This document shows, in pieces, positions 52,898 through 63,097 of a DNA stretch of 64,000 nucleotides; within the stretch, counting starts at the first letter, position 1; the number at the start of each line of letters is the position of its first letter. Made by a program: the position numbers and the translations under genes. Where the stretch lies: the NCBI GenBank assembly GCA_963789265.1, contig CAWBKB010000003.1:32001-96000 (forward strand), read 5' to 3'. The notes under the pieces are model-generated. The model did not search any database. It was not told where the DNA came from and worked only from the letters and a program-made list of their open reading frames with translations. The DNA is from an uncultured delta proteobacterium (GTDB lineage: Bacteria > Desulfobacterota > Desulfomonilia > Desulfomonilales > Desulfomonilaceae).

Positions 52898-53995
52898 CTA
52901 TCTCTTTCTTGAAAAGAATCCTCTCTTTTCCGGGGTTACTTTGGCTCCCTCAAGCTCGGCGAGCCTACGGAGGATGTCTTCGTGCTCCTTGCTCACTCTC
53001 TTGGGTGTCTCTATGTATACCACCACGACAAGATCCCCGCAGCCCCGGCCGCGAAGATGGGGGATGCCTTTGCTGTGAATCCGAAAATCCTGTCCTGATT
53101 GTGTGCTCGCCGGAACTTCAAAATGCTCCGAACCATCGAGTGTGGGGATCTCTATTTCGCCCCCGAGAGCGGCCAGGCTGTACGGTATAGGAACGCCGAC
53201 TATCACGTCGTCATCCTGGCGACGGAAGACTTCGTGGGGTTCAACGTGAATAAAAACATAAAGATCGCCCTGCGGTGCTCCAGGTTCTCCATGTTCGCCT
53301 TCACCGTGGAGCCTGAGCCGCGATCCGGTGTCAACTCCCGCCGGAATCCTCAGAGAAAGCTTCTTCTTTATCAGGACCCGCCCGACTCCACGGCATTTCA
53401 GACATGGATCTTTTATGACCGTTCCGCTGCCCTGGCAGGTCGGACATGTCGTGCTGATGGAAAAGAAACCCTGCGACCGCGTCACTTGGCCGCGGCCTCC
53501 GCACGTAGGACAAACTGACGGTTGGGCCCCACCTTTAGTTCCTGTCCCGTGGCATTCATCACATGGTTCGTGGCGAGAGACCTCAATCTCGGTTTCCTTC
53601 CCGGTGGCGGCTTCCATGAAATCGATGGAAATATCAACACGCAGGTCCGCGCCCCGCCGAGCACGGCTCCGCCGAGCGCCCCTGGCGCCGAATCCGAAGA
53701 ACTCTTCGAAAATGTCTCCGAACGATGAAAAAATGTCGTCAAAATCCCGAAACCCTTGAAAACCTGTCTGTTGGAGCCCCGCATGACCAAAGCGATCGTA
53801 AAGCTGCTTCTTTTCCGGGTCGCTCAGGACCTCATAGGCCTCCGCGGCTTCCTTGAACATTTCCTCGGCGTCTTTATCTCCGCGATTCCGATCGGGATGG
53901 TATCTGAGCGCCAGCTTGCGATATGATTTCTTGATCTCGTCCGGACCGGCGTTTTGGGCCACTCCGAGTACTTCGTAGTAATCACGTTTTGTCAT
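52898..53995 (-). CDS. dnaJ: Molecular chaperone DnaJ
   Basis: J domain HPD, G/F region, four CxxCxGxG repeats. Confidence 0.97.
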   Translation of the reverse strand: MTKRDYYEVLGVAQNAGPDEIKKSYRKLALRYHPDRNRGDKDAEEMFKEAAEAYEVLSDPEKKQLYDRFGHAGLQQTGFQGFRDFDDIFSSFGDIFEEFFGFGARGARRSRARRGADLRVDISIDFMEAATGKETEIEVSRHEPCDECHGTGTKGGAQPSVCPTCGGRGQVTRSQGFFSISTTCPTCQGSGTVIKDPCLKCRGVGRVLIKKKLSLRIPAGVDTGSRLRLHGEGEHGEPGAPQGDLYVFIHVEPHEVFRRQDDDVIVGVPIPYSLAALGGEIEIPTLDGSEHFEVPASTQSGQDFRIHSKGIPHLRGRGCGDLVVVVYIETPKRVSKEHEDILRRLAELEGAKVTPEKRGFFSRKR

Positions 53996-54179
53996 GGGAG
54001 CTATCCAACATATTGAAATGATTGGCCGCGAGGAATGTCAGTCCCGCTCCATCGACGTATTAATATAAACATTGCAATCCATTTTGTCATCCCCCACAGC
54101 GATTCTTCGGCATCGGTTGCTGCCTCAAACGGGAGACCACATGTCCCATGTACTTGCAACAGGAATTACAGACTTGAAA

Positions 54180-54410
54180 TCAGCCGCTCGTAGCCGGGCC
54201 AGGTCCTCGGCCGGCCTCGCGCTCTTGCAGCCCTTCGCAAGGCCCAAGCTCTCCTTGTTTGGTTAAGAGATGAATCACGCAGGCTGTGCGAAATTGGCAA
54301 TAGATGCGAGGAGAGTGGCAGCATGCGCACTCCGTACACATGTAGTTTCCGTCCTTCTGACAATAGAATCTTCCTTCCGCTTCGGGATGACGATAACATG
54401 GCGTTTTCAT
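54180..54410 (-). CDS. Small Cys/His-rich putative zinc-binding protein
   Basis: CYRHP...CQKD...CTECACC...CQFRTAC, B-box-like spacing. Confidence 0.65.
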   Translation of the reverse strand: MKTPCYRHPEAEGRFYCQKDGNYMCTECACCHSPRIYCQFRTACVIHLLTKQGELGPCEGLQEREAGRGPGPATSG

Positions 54411-54601
54411 TAATACATCCTAAATGTATTCGGGGACATAGATTTTGAGCTTAGCCTCAAAGTCCTGCGGTACCGTGTGTCGACACCGGTATAGGGTCGG
54501 CAATTTCACCGGAGAAATCCGTGTATGCTTCCTTCCGGAATTACGACCGCGCAAAATCTATCTTCATTAGTAAGCATTCGACTGGGAATGGTCAACAGAT
54601 C

Positions 54602-54808
54602 GAAACTGTCTCAAAATCGAGTGATGGACGAATTCGTAGCACGATGCTCCCTTTTCCCGGCAATCCCGCGTTCCGCGGGACCGGGCTACTATCTCCTAGT
54701 CCTTACGGGACGCTTGTATTTGAGCCCCGTCGGGGCGATTGATAGTAGACCGGTACTTTAGTGCCGGGTCCCCATCGTGCCACGATTTTAGGCATGCATA
54801 CAGTTTTA
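54602..54808. mobile_element. Degenerate IS1182-end MITE with different REP cargo
   Basis: Left end GAAACTGTCTCAAAA, subterminal CGTAGCACG and ATCGTGCCACGATT as in the other MITEs; right IR decayed. Confidence 0.55.
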
Positions 54809-54844
54809 CCCCCTCAGCCCGAGCGAACACAGCGATCCGCCACT

Positions 54845-55588
54845 TCATTCAATTTCTTCCAACTTTCGTTTCAAGACTTGGAGTTGAGCCGAATCAGCTT
54901 GGATTTTTTCCCGCAAGTTCCTTATGATTAGCGCCTGGTCCGCGAATTCCTCGGCTCGGGAGCGAGGCGATTTGTACAAGCCGGCCCGGATTTCTTCAGC
55001 CTGAGCTAACTCGAATCTCGCGGATTCTATCCCGGCCTTAAGTGCATCAATCCGGGCGAACAGGTCCTTTGCGGAAGCCGGACCGGGTTCCGCGGCCTCG
55101 TGCACAGACTCGGAGGTAGCATCTGGGGTGCTTCGCACCGGCGAAGGAGCTGCCGATCGGTCTTGACGATAGATGCTCCACATAGACGTGATGAAGCTGC
55201 CTCCCGCGAAAAGCAAGAACACACCGGCAGTGACAACAAGCACTGCCATCCATATCCATGAGCGAAAAGAAGCTTCTTTCTCGAATTCATCCACCACTCC
55301 GTTTTGCAGAGGAACGGTCCGGTTAGTGGCGGAAACGGCAGCATCTTCCTTTATCTTCGAATCGACCGGTTCGATTATGCAGAGCGCACGAATCGCTTCA
55401 ATAAGCCTCCGGAACTCTTCGGCTTGTTCCCTTCCGATCCCCTCTTTTATGACTACGGGCGCATTGCGTAAAAGAGCCCGCGCCTTTTCCACATCAATAG
55501 CGAGGACGGTAGCCAAGTTCCTGCAAAACAATTCGGTGTCGCTGGCGGAATGACCGTAAAGTTTTATTCGATACAATGGTCCCGGCAC
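54845..55588 (-). CDS. Hypothetical membrane-anchored coiled-coil protein
   Basis: 247 aa, one TM segment, C-terminal heptad pattern. Confidence 0.7.
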   Translation of the reverse strand: MPGPLYRIKLYGHSASDTELFCRNLATVLAIDVEKARALLRNAPVVIKEGIGREQAEEFRRLIEAIRALCIIEPVDSKIKEDAAVSATNRTVPLQNGVVDEFEKEASFRSWIWMAVLVVTAGVFLLFAGGSFITSMWSIYRQDRSAAPSPVRSTPDATSESVHEAAEPGPASAKDLFARIDALKAGIESARFELAQAEEIRAGLYKSPRSRAEEFADQALIIRNLREKIQADSAQLQVLKRKLEEIE

Positions 55589-55799
55589 GAGAAGATCTCC
55601 TCTATTCTTTTAGATTAGCAGGTATAAAAAAATTTAACACCCCGTCCATCTTGTTGACAGTAATAATGACAGTTATTATGGATACATATCTTTCCAGATC
55701 GACAAAGGTGCACAATTTTGTCACATTTCCCCTGATGGCGCGACCGAAGAAGATGGGTCTGACGGCGGGACAATGCATTGGTACTGAATATCCTAACAA

Positions 55800-55814
55800 T
55801 GGCACGATTATTGC
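55800..55814 (+). promoter_or_regulatory. sigma54 promoter upstream of the pilus adhesin locus
   Basis: TGGCACGATTATTGC matches TGGCACG-N4-TTGC; upstream IR GACAAA-N10-TTTGTC at 55701-55722. Confidence 0.75.
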
Positions 55815-56100
55815 CTATTTTGAGGCATGTAAGCCGACTGGCGGGGGAGACCGCCTTCCCGCGGATCGCGGGGTCTTATTGCTCACAATAACATGGGCTG
55901 ACATTAACGGGGTTCTCACCCCCCTTTGCTTTGAGTCGTTCCCAGACATTGTCTCATAGATTCTAAACTATGGGGAGGCATTCTCATCGTTCGGCATTCC
56001 GACAATCGCCGGGATCCGGAGATCAAGAGAATTTGTTTACAGAGTCGGAGAACTTGGACGGCCGTGACGCGTTCAAAGTCCTTGTTTTCTAACGAGGTAT

Positions 56101-56295
56101 TTATACCGATTCGCTTTCAAACAAGTGACACGGTGTTTTTAGTGGGACAGGCATCTTGCCTGTCGTCATGCCCGCGTACGTGGGCATCCAGACTGGACCC
56201 CGGATCGAAGTCCGGGGTGACGAATGGCAGGCAGGATGCCTGCCCCACCATATCCTCGCGGGGATTGTCACTTGTTTGATGGCGCACTGGTATTA
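56101..56295. mobile_element. MITE with about 30-bp IRs enclosing nested REP hairpins
   Basis: TCAAACAAGTGACA (56117-56130) / TGTCACTTGTTTGA (56266-56279); inner GTGGGACAGGCATC...GATGCCTGCCCCAC. Confidence 0.7.
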
Positions 56296-56475
56296 GGTGT
56301 ATTTTAAAGCGCTTATACTCAAATCCCTTCTTGCCTCTTGAAAGAAGGGGGGTTAGCCGCGTCGCGCAGGCCGGCTTAATGAACGTAAAGGGGTGTCCGG
56401 GCATCGGTTATTCTGCGGAACAACCACCTGCCGCCCCTATGAAGTGTGCTTTTCGTTGCGTGAAGGAGGAGATCC

Positions 56476-57042
56476 ATGACGACAAGGTCCCACAGTTGCG
56501 TAGGATGTGGTGAACCCCCTAGCAGGGGGGTGAACCGCATCTGTCGCGCATCGGTCATCGAGAGACATCTCGGCAAGGTTTTTCGCGACCGATGCGGTTC
56601 CCCCGCGGTCGCGGGGTTCACCACATCCTACGCACTGATCGGTTTGATCGTGCTAATTGCATTCGTCGCGATTTCTCTGCTCGCCGACCTGCCCTTACAG
56701 GCAGCCTCCACTCCGACTACCGCTCCTCAGAAGAAGGTGATGGGGGTCTCGACTCCGGCACCTCCTTCGCCTATCGCCCCTTATGTGGCCCAGGCATATT
56801 CCATAGTAGGGCCGAGCTACGTATCAACGGTCACATCACAGTCCATTACTCTGTCCACGGGCCGGAACGACCTCGGCATCGATCTCACAGGCAAGCATGT
56901 TGTTGTGATAGATCAGGCTTCCAAACCGCTTACACTGAGTGCCGTACAAAAAGGCACGAGGGTGTACGTATGCCGCAAGGCCAATAATGTAGTTGTCATG
57001 GTGCTTCCAGCCGTCACAACACAAGGAGGAGCAAAGAAATGA
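56476..57042 (+). CDS. Hypothetical membrane-anchored protein preceding the adhesin
   Basis: AAGGAGG RBS; hydrophobic helix; stop overlaps the next ATG. Confidence 0.7.
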   Translation: MTTRSHSCVGCGEPPSRGVNRICRASVIERHLGKVFRDRCGSPAVAGFTTSYALIGLIVLIAFVAISLLADLPLQAASTPTTAPQKKVMGVSTPAPPSPIAPYVAQAYSIVGPSYVSTVTSQSITLSTGRNDLGIDLTGKHVVVIDQASKPLTLSAVQKGTRVYVCRKANNVVVMVLPAVTTQGGAKK

Positions 57043-60000
57043 TGCCGCGTCCACTAATCATCCTGACTGCGTTGCTCACCTTGTTGGGGCTCGTGTTGCT
57101 CGCATCCCCCTGCGGGGCTACCCCTTACAATGCTTGAAGCCTTCCCGCTGTCGCCGGTGTGGCGACCAAACCGAATGTGATGATAGTGATGGACTATTCC
57201 GGAAGCATGCAGTTCCGGGCGCACTATAAGAGTGCATCGCAATTTTGGAACGGTTATTATTCTAACAGCAATGTCGCCTATGGTTACGACGGCACGGAAG
57301 GCACCAAGACAGACGGCGAGCCGTACGATCCTACGCAGACCTACTACGGGCTTTTCCAATCTAACGTATACTATACGTACGACGCGGCGAACAAATACTG
57401 GGTTCCCGCGGCTACCCAACCGGTGACGGCTTATAGTTTCACAGCTCCCAGCCGGGACGGCGGTCCTGTGTCCGCGTGGTCGTCGGGTCAAGCTTATGCC
57501 GTGAATGCCCTGGTCGGCGATGGCGGTAAATCTTATATGTGTACTACTGCCCACACATCTGCTTCAACCAATGAACCGGGAACAGGCTCCAATTGGCCAA
57601 CTTACTGGATCTTAGTAGGATCGGGAACCGAGTTGATACAGTACACAGCAACCGGCCATAACTTCCAGGTGGGGCAGCTCGTTGAATTTCAGGGGCTGAC
57701 GAGTCACACTGGAATGAATGGAAATGCCTACTATGTGACTGCGGTTTCAGGCGACACATTCACGGTGGCATTTCCCTGGAACGGAAACCCGGATTCTGCC
57801 ACCGGATCTGCGCAAAGGCGTATTTCAGGGACCCTTCTGACAACTTACGGCGGAACCGCGCAGACACCCGGCCTCAGCGGCAATATTCTCAACTGTGCCA
57901 CCGCCAGCAGAATTGATTGTTCGCTGCAAGCCCTGATAGGCGGCCCTGGCTCGTGTGATTCCAATTATTGCTACATCAGGGGGCAAGGAGAGAGGAGCTA
58001 TCTGCGAGAATCCTCCAACATTCAGGCGGAGTTCTACGTCCGTCCTGCGTCTTCCGATTCTTCCGCGACTTACCCCGACGACTATAATACCGGTACATAT
58101 ACCACGAAGACGACCTACCTGTCGCTAAGCGGCCGGTATGCCGGGAACGTAACTACCGCGGATCCCGCTTTCGGCTCTGCCTGTACTCATCAGACTTGTA
58201 CTTCACAGCACTGCACTCATCGGTACTGCGATGATGCGGACTGCACCGACTATCCATGCACTCATCAGAGCTGCACTCACTGGACGTGCACCGGCAAGAA
58301 TTGTACTGACACTTTATGCCAGCAAGGCTCCTACAAGTGCAGCCATCGCAACTGCGACACCTACCAGTGCGACCGCTGGGGACCGTGCGATGCATGCAAC
58401 AACTGGCAGTGCGACCAGTGGCAATGCGACGCCTACACTTGCGACCAGTGGTCCGGCGGGAACTATTATGAAGCGTACACATTCACTACCGGGAGCACGG
58501 CCACCCACATAGATCTGGCGCTCACCGGGACTTGGACAGGAGGGACCCAGCAAAACCCAACGCAATCGTACCTGGCGCTCTTTAACAATACGAACTTTTC
58601 AGGAAATTCCCTGGCGTCGGACACGGGCTCTACCGCCAATATATCGTATAACCTTGCTGCGAACACAACCTACTATGTGGTCGTGGCAGCCAACAGTGAC
58701 GGCCAGACAGGGTCTTACACGCTGGCCTCCAGCCAGGAACTGGTGGGTTATGATCCTCGTAACCCCAGCAATCCGAGTGTCTCGCCCGGGACCTTTAGCG
58801 GTCAAAGATTACTTCCGACCGGCTTTGCCGTCCCCTTAGGGTCCATTCCCCAGGCCCAGGTAAAAATCAGGGTAGACGTCAACGCACGAACCGGCATTAT
58901 CCAGCAGACTTTCAGCCAGATCAGGTACGGCTTTATGTACTTCAATTCCAGTTCAGGCAATGTCGGCAAAATCCTGGTCGGCTGCGATAACACAAATCTT
59001 GATACTCTTCTGACCGCGTTTACCGGAATTTATCCGTACAACGGCACGCCCACGGGAGAAGCACTGGAGGCGGCCGAGGACTATTTCGCCCAGTCGACGA
59101 GCCACTCAGGAGACTACTCGAGCAATTCCAATTACATAAACTTAGGGAAGTCAGTAGATCCTTACTACCAGCCGAATGTAAGCGGCAACCTCACAAGTGT
59201 GCCGTGCCGCCAGAGTTATGTTGTTTTGATCTCGGACGGTGGATGGAACGGAAATGTCGACCCCATCAAGCCCGCACGGGGGATGCACGCCTTTGACCTG
59301 AGGAGCGATCTTACCGGTAATCAGTCGGTAAATCTGTACAGCATTTTCGCATTCAGCACCAGTGTGTGCGGGGCTCGCAGTATGCAGGGTGTGGCGATGT
59401 TCGGCGGATTCGCGGACGACACATCCAACTGCGGGGGTACCGGAGGCTCTAGCAACACATGGCCGTACCCTTATACCAGTTATCCATCTGCGTGCGAAGA
59501 CACCAGCATCACTTGCTCGCAGTGCGATGCTTGTAGTTGTTGTCCTCCCAATTGTAGCTCATGTCTTCAGGGAAGCCTATGTATGAATCGGTACCAACCG
59601 AAGTGTGATCCAACCGTGCCCCTGCCCTCAGGCCACTCGTACGATACCTGCTGCAAGGAGTGGGATGCGAACTGGGACAAATATACGTCAGGGGATAATT
59701 TGGATAAGGGGATCCCGGACAATTATTTCGAGTGTTCGCAGGGACAGGATCTTCAGGCAGCCCTCCTGAAAGTCCTCACAGGAGCGATAGTGAAGAATGC
59801 CACGGCCAGCGCGGTTGCCACGGTGGCCCAGCAAACGCAAGAAGGGGATATTATCATCCGCGGCCTGTTTCATGCCGCGGACCCGGATACAGTAGGAAGG
59901 AACCTTTGGCGCGGCCATTTGGAGGCATATTGGCCTTATCTCGATCAAAGCACCATGACATGGCATTATGATTTTGAGAAGAATCCCTGTTTTGAAATCA

Positions 60001-62639
60001 CCGACCCCAACAAGAACTGCTGGGATGCCGCTGAAATATTGCAGAAGCGAGACACAAACAATAGGACCATATATAGTTGGGATCCCACCACAAAAACAAC
60101 AGTGACTATTCCGCAAGTGCCACGTGATACGGGTTCGCCGTTCCCTCCAACCAATCCGCCCTGGAGTTCGTCCCTGACTGCGACGTGGTCCGGCACGCTG
60201 GGTTTGAGCGGCTCTCTGACTGCGCCGGATTTGATCGATTGGGTCCGAGGGGATGACAACATTGTCGACAGCACCTTCGCCTTTAGGGACCGTTCGAATT
60301 GGAGACTGGGAGACATAATCTATTCGACACCGGTAGTAGTGGGGACCCCCGGCGTGGGCATGATTTCGACGAAAGATCCCAACCGGGACGAGTTTTATGC
60401 TTACCGGAACCAAAGCACTGGGTGCCCCTGCACTTCCGCCACTGATACCACTTCTGCATCCTGCCAGAACTGCGTGTACTACAGAGATAAGGTAATCTAC
60501 GTCGGGGCTAACGACGGAATGATCCATGCCTTCCTCATGGCTCACTGGGACGCTACGCGGCAAAAGTGGCTGACCGAACCGGGCAATGACCCTACCAAGG
60601 GCGTGAACGGGGATCCTACCAAAGGACAATATCCCGGCATAGGCACGGAATTGTGGGCCTATACACCTAGCAACCTCTTAACCGAACTTCAGTACCTTGC
60701 GCCCGAAACCTACGGCAACACCTCCTCGTCGGGTGGTTGCGTACACAGAACAATGGTCGACCTGGCGCCCCAATCGTGGGAGGTTTACATCAAGTCACCC
60801 AACTGCCCCATAGGTAGCCCCGGGGGAAGGTGCTGGCGTACTGTCATACTCGGCGGCGAGAGGGGCGGAGGCGATGTCTATTTTGCGATTGACGTCACAG
60901 ACCCTTACAATCCCGTAGTGTTGTGGGAATATTCATTGCTCAAGAACAGGATAATTTATGACACGGGCGGCACACGTTCTCTCACCAACTGCGCAAACAG
61001 TGCTACCGATGGAAATTGCCAGTCAGCTAACTTGAGCACAGCCTACCCGTTTCTCGCTGACCCCACGGTATATGAGAAGTTGAAGATCCTCCCCTGCACC
61101 TGGTCACGGCCGGCCGTGGGGCGACTTAAGATACCGACCTTACTGACTCTTCATACAGGGGATCCCGCGGCCACGGGGACCGCTCCCACGGATGTTACAC
61201 CTTTCGACTTCGACGGCGAGCAGTCCCGAGACGTTGCGTTCATCGGGGGCGGAATCAGGATCTTTCAGGATGACTCGACAATCAACAAGGATCCCTCGGT
61301 GGCCGTGACGACAGAGCAGCTCTCCGCAGCCCAGAGGTTCGATCTATTCCGACCGGACTTTTTGGCCATAGACATCGAGACGGGCACAAACCTGTTCAGG
61401 TATTACTGGCCGCTTATCCAAAATCAAACCGTATTCCAAAATCTGAGTGCGACGAAGTTTTACACTCTCTTTCCGGTGGTAAAATACGGCTCCAATTACA
61501 TTCCCTACTCCATGTCCGACCCACTGGCGCTCGACGTGCTGAACACTTCCGGCTCAACCAGCCTCGGTGTGGGGGATGACGGGTATATTGATACTGTGTA
61601 TGTTGGCGATTTGTTGGGGAACTTTTACGGGCTCAAGTTTAATTTCGCCGAACAGGTCCAAGACCACACCACAGGAAATCTTGTGGCCAACAACAGTAAT
61701 TTTGGCATCAGGGTCGACTGGTGGCAAACCAAGTCGACCTGGGAGGGAAGTCCGGCGACAAACACCAATATGGATTATTATCGGGGCTTGCGGCAACCGA
61801 TCACCGTGCCCCCGGTGGCCAGTTTTGACAGTAACATGTCCAACGGATACTTTCTCCATGTCATTTTCGGGGCAGGCAAATTCGAGGATGTCCCGAACAG
61901 CCAGAACGACGACATGGTTGACATATCGAGGACGTCCATCTACAACCTCAAAGACTTGGTCACTCCGCCGACTGATAACTTCTTCAGTACCCGCGCGCAG
62001 CCGCTCGGGAATTTCAAGATAGAGATAAATCCCAGGTGCCCGCAGTCGCCATACGGCTCGTGCCATACAATTCGGGATTGGCCGAAAAGCGGCGATTCCG
62101 CGTGTGTGTGGGTAAAGGACGACGGCACCAAAGATTGCGGGGAAAATACGTGCCACGAGCCGGCAAACCCGTCAGACGCGTGTGCCGATCCCTGCTGGAA
62201 CTGTATCTTCGATCTCATGTCGCCAACGGACATGACAAAGCCAGGGGAACGTGTGGTGCGAAAGGCACTCATAGCAGGAGGCCTGGTTTTTATCGTTACA
62301 ACATCGCCGCCTTCTACTCAGTGTGAATCGCAAGGCACGAGCAAACTTTATGTGCTGAGCTATGATTGTGGACCCATTCCCGGGGGGCAGGATATATTTG
62401 ATTCCAGCATAACAGCGATCGGGCTCAAGACGGGCAATGTCAACGGGTATGATCCGAGAGGTTGGGTGGTTGATCTTGGCACGGGCGTGGCAAGTAATCC
62501 TGTCCTTGATTCCTCCGGTACTCACGTAATAATTCAAATGAGCACGGGACAAATCCCTACGGATAATGGTGGTGGCCCAGGTCTTAGTGTTAAGTTGCCC
62601 CAAAAAGTTATGCAGCCTGAGGGTTGGCGGGAAAGGTAG
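57039..62639 (+). CDS. pilY1: PilY1/PilC-like type IV pilus tip adhesin, 1866 aa, candidate selenoprotein (TGA at codon 33)
   Basis: AAGGAGG RBS, signal peptide, in-frame TGA 57135-57137, vWA MIDAS DYSGS, GTPTGEAL, VLISDG, propeller motifs RLGDIIYSTP, YVGANDGMIHAF, ELWAY. Confidence 0.88.
57135..57166 (+). promoter_or_regulatory. Putative bacterial SECIS element
   Basis: TGA + 12 nt + perfect stem GTCGCC / loop GGTGT / GGCGAC. Confidence 0.65.
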
Positions 62640-62725
62640 GGTGCACATTCATCCCAAGCATCTACTTTAAAGAAGGCAGATGCAGAGACGAACGCAGCTC
62701 CCTACAAACTCCGTTTCCCTCCCGG

Positions 62726-62878
62726 GACGGTAGCGGCCACCAAGACCCGGACCAGGCCGACTATGACGAGAATCGGTCGGGGGAGTTGCTATCAATGGGG
62801 ATTACAGTAATACGTTTTTGGAATCATGAGGTTAATGATAACATAGATAGTGTGTTGGCAGCGATTAGAGAGGCCCTC
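62726..62878 (+). pseudogene. DUF559 (Vsr-like endonuclease) C-terminal remnant
   Basis: DGSGH...YDENRS..L...GITVIRFWNHEV..NIDSVL..I; no N-terminal half. Confidence 0.75.
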
Positions 62879-62967
62879 ACCCTTGCCCTCTCCCAGAGGG
62901 AGAGGGGACCAGACGGCGGTTCTCACCTGACTCCCTCTCCCTCTGGGAGAGGGCCGGGGTGAGGGTG
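62874..62967. repeat. CCCTCACCC/CCCTCTCCC REP doublet
   Basis: CCCTCACCC..CCCTCTCCCAGAGGGAGAGGG...CCCTCTCCCTCTGGGAGAGGGCCGGGGTGAGGG; same family as the MITE cargo at 51330-51423. Confidence 0.8.
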
Positions 62968-63097
62968 CCAGAATCCTTAACCTGGAGGGTTTGCCTCCAC
63001 ATTTGTAGTAAAATAAGCCATTTTTCCGGGAAGAGTCCCACGCTCCGCGGGATTCCCAAGCTTCGTCTCTGAATCCGGACTAAGGCAGGAGATTGCG

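Noticed and set aside
55655..55678. Pho box
   Set aside because: Repeat period is 12 bp rather than 11 bp, and no phosphate genes are adjacent
58182..58451. Short DNA repeats as a CRISPR array or DGR variable repeat
   Set aside because: Repeats are in-frame coding units without spacers; no cas or reverse transcriptase gene and no adenine-variant template copy seen
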